Shown: positions 10,101 through 19,001 of the stretch, piece by piece | How the letters are laid out: each line of letters begins with the position of its first letter | Numbering within the stretch: the stretch's first letter is position 1 | Origin: Rhodanobacteraceae bacterium | GTDB taxonomy: Bacteria > Pseudomonadota > Gammaproteobacteria > Xanthomonadales > Rhodanobacteraceae | Assembly (NCBI GenBank): GCA_036279975.1 | Contig: DASURP010000062.1 | Span: 35,990 to 99,989 of the forward strand | Direction of reading: 5' to 3' | Length of the DNA: 64,000 nt | The notes under the pieces: model-generated | Databases searched by the model: none | The model's input: the letters and a program-made list of their open reading frames with translations, nothing else | Told to the model about the DNA's origin: nothing | Made by a program: the position numbers and the translations under genes

Positions 10101-12077
10101 CCGCCAGCCCAGCCCGGCCTCCAGCAGCAACATGTTGAAGCGGTCGCTCTCGGCCTGGCCGTGCCAGATGGCGGCAAATGCCCCCTCGAAACGCGCGTGC
10201 ACGTCTTCCAGCTTGAACTTCAGCGGTGACGCGGGTCGCACCACGAAGTCCTGGATGCAGGCCCGGCTGCCATGCCAGGCGAGTGCGTGCACCTGCTCGG
10301 TGTCCACTTTCAGGCCCGCGTTTTCCAGCAACGGCAGGGCGTCGGACAAGGGAATGTCGCTGCCCGCGCGGAATATCTTGAAGTGCAACTCGCCCGGCTT
10401 GCGGTACGACTCGTGGAAGGCAAGGCGCATGTCCTCGCCGGCACCCGTCATCGCGGTCAGGATGCCCACGTCTTCCGCGGCGCGGGCGGGCGACTGGTCC
10501 TCGATGTAGGCCGACGTGAGCGCGCCGCCCCAGCGGTTGGCAAGCTGCGCACCGCGCTCTTCACCCAGGCCGCCCACCAGCGCATCGCGCAATTCGTCGT
10601 GCCAGTTGCGCACGATCGGTGCCAGCTTCGCTTCCAGTTGTGCAAGGTCGACCCCGACGTGTTCGCCGGCACGCGGGCGCACCACGGCATGCATGCGCGC
10701 CATCGGCGCATCGCCGATCTGCAGGGTGGCGTCCACGTGCGCGCCATGCAGTTCCGTGCGCAGCATCTCCTTGATGCGTTCGCCGACGCTGGCGCTGTAA
10801 TGGTCGCGGGGGATGAACACCAGGCACGAGAAGAAGCGTCCGTAGGCATCGCGGCGCACGAACAGGCGCGCTTGGCGCCTTTCGTTTACCTCGAAGATGC
10901 CGCTGGCGAGGCTGAACAGCTCGTCGCTGGAGGCCTGCAGCAACTCGTCGCGCGGCAGGGTTTCCAGGATCGAACGGAACGCCTTGCCCGAATGCGATTG
11001 CGGGCGCAGGCCGGAGCGCCGCTCGGCGGTCTCGAACTTCTTGCGCACCAGCGGCACGTCCTGCGGCCGGCGCATGTACGACGTGGAGGTGTACAGGCCC
11101 AGGAAGCGCGATTCGCCGATCGGCTTGCCCTTGGCGTTGAAATGCAGCACCCCGATGTAATCCATGTAGCCCGAGCGGTGCACGCGCGAGCGCGCATTGG
11201 TCTTGGTCAGGATGATCGCGTCGATCGAACCCGACTGCGGCAGCCGGGTCGCGATCAGGCTCTTGGTGGAACGCGGCGCCGTGGCGAGGTCGGGGTTGCG
11301 CAGGATGCCCAGCCCGGAGTCCGGGCGCGCCTTCAGCAACTCGTCGCCTTTCTCGGCGACCACGTCGTATTCGCGGTACCCCAGGAAGGTGAAATGGTTG
11401 TCTGCCGCCCAGCGCAGGAACGCCTGCCCTTCCGCGAGCTGGGCCGCGCCCAGCGGCGACCCGGCCTTCGGCAGCGCGTCGGCGATCGCGAGCATCTTGT
11501 CGTGCATGGCCCGCCAATCGGAGACCGCGGCATGCACGTCGTCGAGCGCCACCTCGGCCGCCGCCTGCAGCTTGTCCAGGGTGGCCTGGTCGACACGGTC
11601 GATTTCGGCATGCATCAACGATTCGGCATTGCCGGATTCACCGCACGCCGCCACCGCCTGCAGGTTGCCGGCGGAGTCACGGCGCATGTCCATCACCGGG
11701 TGGATCAGGCGGTGCAGGCGCAATCCCTCGCTGTTGACGACCATTTCCAGCGAATCGACGAGGAACGGCGCGTCGTCGGTGGCGGCTTCGATGATCGAAT
11801 GCGCGCAACGCCAGCCGTTGTGTTCGGGATCCGGATTGAACGCGCGCACCATGGGGTGCCCGGCCGGGCGCTTGCGGACCCAGCGGAACAGGTCCGTGAG
11901 CATTGCGGCCCAACCATCCACCCCACGCCCGGCCAGTTCGTCCGGCCCCAACTCCGCGCTGACGAGCTTCGCGAATGCCTCTGCGGCCGCGGCGTCAGCC
12001 GTGCCGGCCCTGCCACGGACTTCGGCCGCGATCGCGGCCACCTCATCGCCCCCGGCCGGGGTACGCAGTGCGTTCAT
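7131..12077 (-). CDS. gdhB: NAD-specific glutamate dehydrogenase, large (~180 kDa) class
   Basis: Track ORF 7131..12206. Start set at MNALRTPAGG (ATG 12077), giving 1648 aa. Uninterrupted frame with a central GDH catalytic core (..GGIRWSDR..KGGF..GTA...GDMSGDVFGNGML..). Start uncertain; the alternative ATG is at 12110. Confidence 0.9.
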   Translation of the reverse strand: MNALRTPAGGDEVAAIAAEVRGRAGTADAAAAEAFAKLVSAELGPDELAGRGVDGWAAMLTDLFRWVRKRPAGHPMVRAFNPDPEHNGWRCAHSIIEAATDDAPFLVDSLEMVVNSEGLRLHRLIHPVMDMRRDSAGNLQAVAACGESGNAESLMHAEIDRVDQATLDKLQAAAEVALDDVHAAVSDWRAMHDKMLAIADALPKAGSPLGAAQLAEGQAFLRWAADNHFTFLGYREYDVVAEKGDELLKARPDSGLGILRNPDLATAPRSTKSLIATRLPQSGSIDAIILTKTNARSRVHRSGYMDYIGVLHFNAKGKPIGESRFLGLYTSTSYMRRPQDVPLVRKKFETAERRSGLRPQSHSGKAFRSILETLPRDELLQASSDELFSLASGIFEVNERRQARLFVRRDAYGRFFSCLVFIPRDHYSASVGERIKEMLRTELHGAHVDATLQIGDAPMARMHAVVRPRAGEHVGVDLAQLEAKLAPIVRNWHDELRDALVGGLGEERGAQLANRWGGALTSAYIEDQSPARAAEDVGILTAMTGAGEDMRLAFHESYRKPGELHFKIFRAGSDIPLSDALPLLENAGLKVDTEQVHALAWHGSRACIQDFVVRPASPLKFKLEDVHARFEGAFAAIWHGQAESDRFNMLLLEAGLGWRQIAMLRGYCKYQQQVGTTFSQSYMEETLGRYPMISGLLVELFEAKFDPQREAGDAASRRHAGVALERELHALTPEAVCKANPDFVAQVVALLEKPRDEQVEGLIAAIKALLVNVSSLDDDRILRGFMGQIRATLRTNYFQSHDGKPAEYLSYKFDSHQVPDIPKPVPYREIWVYAPRVEGVHLRFGPVARGGIRWSDRREDFRTEVLGLVKAQMVKNTVIVPVGSKGGFFVKRAPAERDALLEEGIACYKMFMNGLLDITDNIDTAANKVVHPADVVRHDADDPYLVVAADKGTAKFSDIANSISIAHGYWLGDAFASGGSAGYDHKDMGITARGGWESVKRHFRALGHDCQAEDFTCVGIGDMSGDVFGNGMLLSRHIRLVAAFDHRHIFVDPNPDSASSFPERERMFKLPRSSWDDYDKSKISKGGGVFARSLKAIAVTAEMRAALGIADGVESLSPVELISAILKAPVDLLWNGGIGTYVKSAAESNADVGDRANNALRINGGDLRCRIVGEGGNLGFTQKGRIEAAQKGVILNTDFIDNSAGVDTSDHEVNIKILLNDAVQRGEMDTEARNKLLHSMTDEVAKLVLWDNYRQNAAISLMERMSVGRIGSKAHFIRTLESRGQLDRQIESLPSDAELAERRTHHQGLTRPELAVLLSYSKIVLYQQLLDSDVPEDPFLSHELMRYFPEPLHEKYAAHMQRHRLKREIIATAVTNSIVNRMGATFVLRSQEDTGETAAAVVKAYNAARQILHARELWSGIDALDGKVSDAAQIDALMKVWSLLRHVSRWLLNLPGTVLGITDLVHRYQPGMDALRAALPGTLGQTGRAAWGVDLEKWQGLGFPDELARKLATLPTLEVAMDVIETSLESGRPVEHVARVFFDLGEALDIEWLRGQIEKLAVESRWHAQARGALRDELAVQQRAMVSQILASEQGRQSADGAVSAWLERDNPQLKFTRGMLDEIRGVDVDYPIASVALRRLAQIAQSG

Positions 12078-12283
12078 GTCGTTTGTGGAAGCGCAGGAAA
12101 TGGAACGCATAGGATACCGCCGCGGCCGCCGCGCATTCCAGCATCGCCGGTCCGATGCAGCGCCGGCCGGGCGTCCTGGTCCGCACGCGCCGGCGGCGCC
12201 ATGCATGACGCCTGGCCTAGGGACGGGCCGTTCGATTCACGCCATAATGACGAATTAATGATCTGTCCGGTAGAGAATTCCCG

Positions 12284-13444
12284 ATGACGAGTTCCATGCT
12301 GCGGATCGCCGGCGGCCTGACCCTGGGTTTGCTGCTCGGCGCCTGCAGCCGCTCCACCACGACCACCGAGCAACCGCCGGAAGTGGGCGTGGCGACCGCA
12401 ACGCCGACGAACATCCCGGTGACGCGAAGCTTCCCCGGGCGACTTGCCGCGACCCTGACCGCCCAGGTGCGCGCGCGGGTAACCGGCATCGTGCTCGAGC
12501 GCGCTTACCAGGAAGGCACCGACGTCAAGACCGGCGACGTGCTTTTCAGGATCGACCCCGCGCCGCTCGAAGCCAGTCTGCGCGCGGCCCAGGGGCAGCT
12601 CGCACAGGCCGAGGCCAGCGCGCGCAATGCCAGTCTCAACGCCACGCGCAGCAAGGAGCTGGGTGCGAAAGGCGTGCTTTCGAAACAGGACGTCGACAAC
12701 GCGGTGGCCGCGGCGGCGGAAGCCGCCGCTTCGGCGAAGGCCGCGCGCGCCAACGTCGAGAACGCGAAGATCAACCTGGGTTACGCCACCGTCACCGCGC
12801 CGATCAGCGGCCGCGCGGGGCGTGCCAACGTGACCCAGGGCGCGCTGGTCTCGCCCACCGACACCGACCCGCTGACCACGGTGCAGGTGATCGACCCGAT
12901 CTACGCCAACTTCAGCGAACCGATGGCCGAAGTGGAGCGCCTGCGCCAGGCCGAAAAGGCCGGCGAGCTGAAACTGGTTGCGCGGGACAAGGCCGAGGTG
13001 CAGATCGTGTTGCCCGACGGCAGCGTGTACGCGCACAAGGGCTCCCTCGATTTCACCGACCTCGCGGTCGACCCGGCCACCGGTGCGGTCGACCTGCGCG
13101 CGCTCGTGCCCAATCCCGACCATGCATTGCTACCCGGCATGTTCGTGAAGATCCGCCTTGAACTGGGCACGCTGCACGCTGCATTCCTGCTGCCGCAGGC
13201 GGCGATCCAGCGCGACAACGAAGGCGCGTTTGTCTACGTGGTCGCTGCGGACGACAAGATCGTGGAGAAACGGGTCGAACTCGGCGACCAGAGCGGCGCG
13301 GACTGGATCGTGCAGAGCGGCCTCGCCGCGGGCGACCGGGTGGTGGCGTCCGGCATCCAGAAGGCGCAACCCGGCGAGAAGGTGAAGACGGTGCCGTACA
13401 CCGCGCCCGCCGCGGCGCCGACAACCACCGGCGCGTCAAACTGA
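12284..13444 (+). CDS. RND efflux periplasmic adaptor (membrane fusion protein) lipoprotein
   Basis: 386 aa with lipobox LLLGAC and AcrA/MexA-like sequence (..GDVLFRIDP..YATVTAPISGR..). 16-nt gap to the RND permease. Confidence 0.9.
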   Translation: MTSSMLRIAGGLTLGLLLGACSRSTTTTEQPPEVGVATATPTNIPVTRSFPGRLAATLTAQVRARVTGIVLERAYQEGTDVKTGDVLFRIDPAPLEASLRAAQGQLAQAEASARNASLNATRSKELGAKGVLSKQDVDNAVAAAAEAAASAKAARANVENAKINLGYATVTAPISGRAGRANVTQGALVSPTDTDPLTTVQVIDPIYANFSEPMAEVERLRQAEKAGELKLVARDKAEVQIVLPDGSVYAHKGSLDFTDLAVDPATGAVDLRALVPNPDHALLPGMFVKIRLELGTLHAAFLLPQAAIQRDNEGAFVYVVAADDKIVEKRVELGDQSGADWIVQSGLAAGDRVVASGIQKAQPGEKVKTVPYTAPAAAPTTTGASN

Positions 13445-13460
13445 CCCGGCCTGCCAACCG

Positions 13461-16400
13461 ATGCCGCAATTCTTCATCGACCGTCCGGTCTTCGCCTGGG
13501 TCCTCGCGATCCTGATCACGCTGGGCGGCACCATCGCGATCCTGAACCTGCCGATCGAAGCCTACCCCACGATCGCGCCGCCGAGCGTGCAGGTTCGCGC
13601 CAACTACCCCGGGGCCAACGCCCAGGTCGTGCAGAGCACCGTCACCCAGGTGATCGAGCAGAACCTTTCCGGGATCGACCACCTGCTGTATTTCTCCTCG
13701 TCGTCGGACTCGACCGGCTCGGCCAACCTCACGTTGTATTTCGACCCCGGCACCGACCTCGACACCGCGGCGGTGCAGACGCAGAACGCCGTCAACGCCG
13801 CCGAGCCGCGCCTGCCGCAGGCGGTCAAGAACCTCGGCATCACGGTCCGCAAGTCGAACACGGGCTTCCTGATGGGCATTTCGTTGTCGGACCAGTCCGG
13901 CAAGTACAGCCCTACCGCGCTCAACAACCTGATCGCGGCACAACTGGTCGATCCGATCTCGCGCATCGAGGGCGTGGGCAGCGTCAACCAGTTCGGTGCG
14001 CCATACGCGATGCGGATCTGGCTGAATCCGCTGAAGCTGCAGGGTTACCGGCTGACTGCGACGGATGTCCTGGCTGCGATCCGCGCCCAGAACGTGATGT
14101 TCGCGGCCGGCTCGGTGGGCGCGGAACCGGCGGTCGACGGCCAGGGGATCACCGCCAACGTCTCGGCGGAATCGAGCTTCACCACGCCCGAACAGTTCCG
14201 CGACATCATCCTGCGCACCAATCCGGACGGCAGCACCGTCACCCTGGGCGACGTTGCGCGGGTCGAACTGGGGTCGGATCGCTACGGCAACTTCTCGCGC
14301 CTGAACGGCAAGCCGGTGGCGTCGTTCGGCATTTCGCTGCTGCCGGGCGCCAACGCGCTGTCGGTGGCGAATGCGGTCCGGGCCAGGATGCAGGAACTGG
14401 CCAAGAACCTGCCGCCCGGCGTGCAATGGACCATCCCGTTCGAAAGCTACACCTTCGTCCGGGTCTCGATCGTCGAGGTGGTGAAGACGCTGGGCGAGGC
14501 GATCGTGCTGGTGTTCTTCGTGATGCTGCTGTTCCTGCAGAACCTGCGCGCCACCCTGATCCCGACCCTGGTGGTGCCGGTCGCGCTGACCGGGGCGTTC
14601 CTGGGCCTGTACCTGTTCGGTTTCTCGATCAACGTGCTCAGCCTGTTCGGGCTGGTGCTTGCGATCGGCATCGTGGTGGACGATGCCATCGTGGTGGTCG
14701 AGAACGTCGAGCGCATCATGCGCGAAGAAGGACTGTCGCCGAAGGAAGCCACGCGCAAGGGCATGACCCAGATCACCGGCGCGATCATCGCGGTCACCAC
14801 GGTGCTGGCCTCGGTGTTCGTGCCGGCCGCACTGATGCCGGGCAGCGTCGGTGCGATCTACCGGCAGTTCGCGGTGACCATCGCGGTATCAATGCTGTTG
14901 TCGGCACTGATGGCGCTGACTTTCACGCCCGCGCTGTGCGCCAGCATCCTGCGCCCCGAACACGAACACGCCAACCGCTTCCTGCGCGCCTTCAACAATG
15001 GCTACGAGGGCCTGGCGCGGCACTACCTCGCGCGGCTGGGCAAGGCGGTGCGGCATACGCCGCGCTGGATGCTGGGCTACGCGCTCGCGATCGTGGTGGC
15101 GGTGCTGCTGTTGGCGCAGCTGCCTTCGAGTTTCGTGCCGCAGGAGGACCAGGGCGAAGTGGTGGCCACCATCCAGTTGCCACCGGGCGCCACGGTCGAG
15201 CGCACCCGCGCGGTGATGAAGGAAGTCGAAGCCATCGTCGGGAAGAACCCTGCCGTCGCCAACATCTTCACGATCGGCGGTTTCAGTTTCATCGGTCGCG
15301 GCGAAAACGTCGGCATGGCGTTCATCCACCTCAAGGACTGGAGCAAGCGCGACCACACCGCCGACCAGGTCATCGCCGACTTCAACGGCCAATTCGCGAA
15401 GATCCGCAACGCGCAGGTGTTCGCTATGAACCAGGCGGTGATCCGTGGACTCGGCCGTTTCGCCGGTTTCGATTTCGAACTGGAGGACCGCGGCGGCCTC
15501 GGGCACCAGGCCCTGGTCGAGGCCAAGGACAAGCTGCTGGCCGCGGCCCGCCGGGACAAGCGCCTCGTCAATGTGCACGTCAACGGCATGGATGACGCGC
15601 CGACCGTGGACATGCGCGTCGATCGCGTGCAGGCCCAGTCGATGGGACTTTCGGTCACCGACGTGTACAACGCGATCCAGTTGATGCTGTCGCAGGTGTA
15701 CGCGAACGATTTCTACTTCCAGGGACGGGTGTTGCGCGTGGAGGTGCAGGCCGATGCACCGTTCCGCATGAACCCGGCCGACATCGGCAGCTTCTACACG
15801 CGCTCGTCGAGTGGCGCGATGGTGCCGCTCTCGAGCGTCGTCGACACCAGCTGGTCGCTGGCCGCGCCCGAACTCGACCGCTACAACGGCGTCGGGTCGA
15901 TCGGCATCACCGGCACCGCGGCACCCGGTTACAGTTCCGGCGACGCGATCGCGGCGATGCAGGAACTGGTCGCCAAATACCTGCCCACGAGTTTCGGCTA
16001 CGAGTGGACCGGCCAGTCGTTGCAGGAAATCCTCTCCGGCGCGCAGGCGCCGATGCTGTTCGGACTGTCGATCTTCGTGGTGTTCCTGTGCCTGGCCGCA
16101 CTGTACGAAAGCTGGTCGATCCCGATCGCGGTGATGCTGGTGATCCCGCTCGGCGTGCTGGGCTCGGTGGCGCTGACCAGCATCCGCGGACTCGAGGACG
16201 ACGTGTACTTCAAGATCGGATTGATCGCGATCATCGGCCTGTCGGTGAAGAACGCGATCCTGATCGTGCAGTTCGCGGTGGACGAGCAGAAACAAGGCAA
16301 GGACCTGATCACCGCGACACTGGAAGCCTGTCGCATCCGCCTGCGCCCGATCCTGATGACTTCGATCGCCTTCATCCTCGGCGTGCTGCCGCTGGCGATC

Positions 16401-16592
16401 TCGAGCGGCGCGGGCGCCAACAGCCGCCACGCGATCGGCACCGGCGTGATCGGCGGCATGATCGGTGCGACCGCTCTCGGGATCCTGCTGGTGCCGGTGT
16501 TCTACATCGTGGTCAAGCGCCTGACCGGGGACAGCGGCGGCGGGACGGAAATGGCCCGGGACGACGAGGACGTGCTGCGACCTTTCGACTGA
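13461..16592 (+). CDS. RND multidrug efflux permease (AcrB/MexB family)
   Basis: 1043 aa. Canonical MPQFFIDRPVFAWVLAILI N-terminus and 12-TM RND layout. Confidence 0.95.
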   Translation: MPQFFIDRPVFAWVLAILITLGGTIAILNLPIEAYPTIAPPSVQVRANYPGANAQVVQSTVTQVIEQNLSGIDHLLYFSSSSDSTGSANLTLYFDPGTDLDTAAVQTQNAVNAAEPRLPQAVKNLGITVRKSNTGFLMGISLSDQSGKYSPTALNNLIAAQLVDPISRIEGVGSVNQFGAPYAMRIWLNPLKLQGYRLTATDVLAAIRAQNVMFAAGSVGAEPAVDGQGITANVSAESSFTTPEQFRDIILRTNPDGSTVTLGDVARVELGSDRYGNFSRLNGKPVASFGISLLPGANALSVANAVRARMQELAKNLPPGVQWTIPFESYTFVRVSIVEVVKTLGEAIVLVFFVMLLFLQNLRATLIPTLVVPVALTGAFLGLYLFGFSINVLSLFGLVLAIGIVVDDAIVVVENVERIMREEGLSPKEATRKGMTQITGAIIAVTTVLASVFVPAALMPGSVGAIYRQFAVTIAVSMLLSALMALTFTPALCASILRPEHEHANRFLRAFNNGYEGLARHYLARLGKAVRHTPRWMLGYALAIVVAVLLLAQLPSSFVPQEDQGEVVATIQLPPGATVERTRAVMKEVEAIVGKNPAVANIFTIGGFSFIGRGENVGMAFIHLKDWSKRDHTADQVIADFNGQFAKIRNAQVFAMNQAVIRGLGRFAGFDFELEDRGGLGHQALVEAKDKLLAAARRDKRLVNVHVNGMDDAPTVDMRVDRVQAQSMGLSVTDVYNAIQLMLSQVYANDFYFQGRVLRVEVQADAPFRMNPADIGSFYTRSSSGAMVPLSSVVDTSWSLAAPELDRYNGVGSIGITGTAAPGYSSGDAIAAMQELVAKYLPTSFGYEWTGQSLQEILSGAQAPMLFGLSIFVVFLCLAALYESWSIPIAVMLVIPLGVLGSVALTSIRGLEDDVYFKIGLIAIIGLSVKNAILIVQFAVDEQKQGKDLITATLEACRIRLRPILMTSIAFILGVLPLAISSGAGANSRHAIGTGVIGGMIGATALGILLVPVFYIVVKRLTGDSGGGTEMARDDEDVLRPFD

Positions 16593-16610
16593 ACGCGGCG
16601 ACCAACGAAG

Positions 16611-16634
16611 AAGGCGCGGAAACCGCGCCTTTTT
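16611..16634. terminator. Bidirectional rho-independent terminator
   Basis: GGCGCGG-AAA-CCGCGCC stem-loop followed by TTTTT and preceded by an A-rich run. Lies between the convergent RND permease and lipoprotein genes. Confidence 0.6.
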
Positions 16635-16657
16635 CGTGCACCGGTTGCTGCCGGGGA

Positions 16658-17152
16658 TCACTTCACCGAGAAGTCCTTGCTCGCAACCTGCATGCCATTC
16701 AGCGAAATGTCCAGCTTGTAGTTGCCCGCCGGCCAGCCATCCGGTTTGCTGATCGAGAATGCGGTGCTGGCGGGACCGACCGCGGCGATCGTCTTGCTGT
16801 CTTCCTTCACCGTCTGGCCATCCTGGTACGTCCATTTGGCCTTGATGGTGGCAGTGCCGGTGCCGGTGGTCGCGCCCGACGCGTAGATGGTGTCCTTGGG
16901 CGTGAACGTCGTGGCGGCGGTGGTTACCTTCTGGTCGGCGCCGACCGCGCTGCCGAGGTCGACGGAAACCAGCGTGACCGGCGCAGGCGCCTCGACGGGG
17001 GCCTGCGCTGCGGGCGCCGAAACCGGCGCTGCGGGCGTGTTGCCCGCGGGTGCCGTGGCAGCTTGCTCCGGGGCACTCTTGTTGCATGCGCTCAAGGCAA
17101 GCGCCGAGGCAAGCGACAGGGCGATGGCAATGGACGTACGTTTCAGCATCAT
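16658..17152 (-). CDS. Lipoprotein of unknown function (164 aa)
   Basis: Start reset to MMLKRTSIAIALSLASALALSAC (lipobox LSAC), with AGGAG 8 nt upstream. Ala/Pro-rich linker followed by a beta-rich domain. Confidence 0.6.
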   Translation of the reverse strand: MMLKRTSIAIALSLASALALSACNKSAPEQAATAPAGNTPAAPVSAPAAQAPVEAPAPVTLVSVDLGSAVGADQKVTTAATTFTPKDTIYASGATTGTGTATIKAKWTYQDGQTVKEDSKTIAAVGPASTAFSISKPDGWPAGNYKLDISLNGMQVASKDFSVK

Positions 17153-17166
17153 GCAACGTCCTCCTT

Positions 17167-17472
17167 TCATGCCTTGGGGGGAATCCTCAGCACCTGGCCC
17201 GGCTTGATGAGGTCCGGGTTGCTGATCTGGTCGCGGTTGGCGTCGAAGATGCGATGCCAGTCATTGGCATGGCCGTAGAAATGCCTGGCGATCTTCGACA
17301 GATTGTCCCCCGCCACGACCGTGTAGGTTTGCGGGTCGGCCGCCGGCGCGGCCGTGGACTTCACGCTGCCCTGCACGTTGCTGAAGTCGGCCTGCTTCGG
17401 CGCGCCGGGTGCCGTGGACGCGACACTGCCTTGCACGTTGGAAAAATCCGGTTTCCCGGGCTGGGTGCCCAT
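17167..17472 (-). CDS. LysM domain protein (101 aa) with duplicated N-terminal DFSNVQGSV motif
   Basis: C-terminal YTVVAGDNLSKIARHFYG...DLIKPGQVLRIP is a LysM motif. The N-terminus has two copies of (K)xDFSNVQGSVxST. Confidence 0.8.
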   Translation of the reverse strand: MGTQPGKPDFSNVQGSVASTAPGAPKQADFSNVQGSVKSTAAPAADPQTYTVVAGDNLSKIARHFYGHANDWHRIFDANRDQISNPDLIKPGQVLRIPPKA

Positions 17473-17615
17473 GCGCGTTCCTCCTCTGGGCGGGGAGCCG
17501 TTGCCGACTTTCAGCCAGGCTGCGTTAACGCCGTATTACAGGTGGCGCGCTTCGTTCACGCTGGCGACAGTTTCGGCCGCGGCGGCGACCGGCCGCGACC
17601 CGCACTGCCACACCG

Positions 17616-18500
17616 TCAGCCCCGCGCGTGCTTGCGCGTGTGCGCGATCCCGGCCATCACCTCGAACTCCTCGTCGGACAATTCGATGTCCGCGGCGGCG
17701 ACGTTCTCCTCGAGGTGCGCGCGCTTCGAGGTGCCCGGGATCGGCAACACCACCGGGCTGCGCTTCAGCAGCCAGGCGATCGCGACCTGGGTCGGGCTGG
17801 CCTGGTGCCGCCGCGCGATCTCCGCGAGCGGCGAATCCGGCCTGGTCAGGCCGCCGCCCGACAACGGGTACCACGGGATGAACCCGATCCCGTTGGCCTC
17901 GCAATGGTCGAGCACGTCGTCGTACACCCGATACGTTGCGCTGTAGCGGTTCTGCACGGTCGCGACCGGAAACACCTTTTGCGCGGCTTCGATTTCCTCG
18001 ACCGTGACTTCACTCAAGCCCGCGCACTGGATCAAGCCAGCGTCGAGCATCGCCTTGATCGCGCCGAACTGCTCGTCACGCGGCACCCCGGGATCGATCC
18101 GGTGCAGCTGCCACAGCGCGATCTGCTCGACGCCCAGCCAGCGCAGGCTCATCTTCACCTGTTGCAGCAGGTATTCGGGACGCCCCAGCGGAATCCATTC
18201 GTCCGGCCCCGGCCGCACCTGCCCGCCCTTGGTCGCGATCACCAGGCCATCCGGATACGGATGCAGCGCCTCGCGCAGCATCGGCTCGGACACCGCCGGC
18301 CCATAGGAATCGGCGGTGTCGATGAAGTTGACGCCGAGTTCGGGCACCCGCCGCAGGGTGGCGAGGCACCCGTCGCGGTCGCCGGGCTCGCCCCACACCC
18401 CGGCGCCGGTAACCCGCATCGCGCCGAATCCAAGCCGGTGGACAGGGATTTTCCCGCCCAGCAGGAAAGTGCCGGCCCGGCCGGCGTCCAGTGTGGTCAT
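17616..18500 (-). CDS. Aldo/keto reductase
   Basis: Start reset to [16 protein letters not shown] (294 aa). AKR motifs [22 protein letters not shown] and [13 protein letters not shown]. Confidence 0.85.
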   Translation of the reverse strand: MTTLDAGRAGTFLLGGKIPVHRLGFGAMRVTGAGVWGEPGDRDGCLATLRRVPELGVNFIDTADSYGPAVSEPMLREALHPYPDGLVIATKGGQVRPGPDEWIPLGRPEYLLQQVKMSLRWLGVEQIALWQLHRIDPGVPRDEQFGAIKAMLDAGLIQCAGLSEVTVEEIEAAQKVFPVATVQNRYSATYRVYDDVLDHCEANGIGFIPWYPLSGGGLTRPDSPLAEIARRHQASPTQVAIAWLLKRSPVVLPIPGTSKRAHLEENVAAADIELSDEEFEVMAGIAHTRKHARG

Positions 18501-18556
18501 CGCATGCACCTCGCACGGTTCGAATCCCTTCCACCATACGCGCATGCGACGCCAGC

Positions 18557-18608
18557 AAAAAGGGGACGGCGGGAATCAAGCCGCGACTCGATCCCCGCCG
18601 TCCCCTTT
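18557..18608. terminator. Long hairpin terminator downstream of rplS
   Basis: AAAAGGGGACGGCGGG...CCCGCCGTCCCCTTTT, a 12-bp-plus GC stem flanked by A and T runs. Sits 13 nt after the rplS stop. Confidence 0.6.
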
Positions 18609-18620
18609 TCAGGAGCCGGG

Positions 18621-19001
18621 TTACTTGACCCGCGTGCTGTCGTCCTTCGCGTTGCCAGCCAGGTCTTCCTTGATGCGTGCGGCCTTGCCCTCCAGTCCGC
18701 GCAGGAAGTAAAGCTTGGCGCCGCGCACCTTGCCCTTGCGCTTGACCTGGACGGAATCGATCGCGGGGCTGTAGGCCTGGAACACACGCTCGACGCCGGT
18801 GCCGTGCGACACCTTGCGCACGGTGAAGGCCGAATGCAGGCCGCGGTTGCGGCGCGCGATCACCACGCCCTCGAAGGCCTGCACGCGTTCGCGGTTGCCT
18901 TCCTTGACCTTGACGTTGACGACCACGGTATCGCCGGCGGCGAAAGGCGGCAGCTCGCGGCCCATCTGTGCGGCTTCGAATTGTTCAATGATCTTGTTCA
19001 T
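18621..19001 (-). CDS. rplS: 50S ribosomal protein L19
   Basis: 126 aa: [13 protein letters not shown]...[29 protein letters not shown]. Confidence 0.97.
   Translation of the reverse strand: MNKIIEQFEAAQMGRELPPFAAGDTVVVNVKVKEGNRERVQAFEGVVIARRNRGLHSAFTVRKVSHGTGVERVFQAYSPAIDSVQVKRKGKVRGAKLYFLRGLEGKAARIKEDLAGNAKDDSTRVK

Noticed and set aside
14889-17156. 755-aa reverse ORF antisense to the RND permease, and similar long shadow ORFs (13053..14426, 20640..23282, 25735..27468, 32691..35099, 45247..46302, 50245..51852, 54245..56506, 60187..61239)
   Set aside because: Each overlaps a confidently recognised gene on the other strand and translates to Arg/His/Gly/Asp-rich low-complexity sequence with no motifs. 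I treat them as GC-bias artefacts.
18505-18536. tRNA-like T-loop GGTTCGAATCC followed by CCACCA (possible tRNA or att-site remnant)
   Set aside because: The flanking bases do not form a T-stem (3 of 5 pairs), and no acceptor, D or anticodon arms can be drawn. It lies in the 5' region of the aldo/keto reductase gene and is most likely chance.
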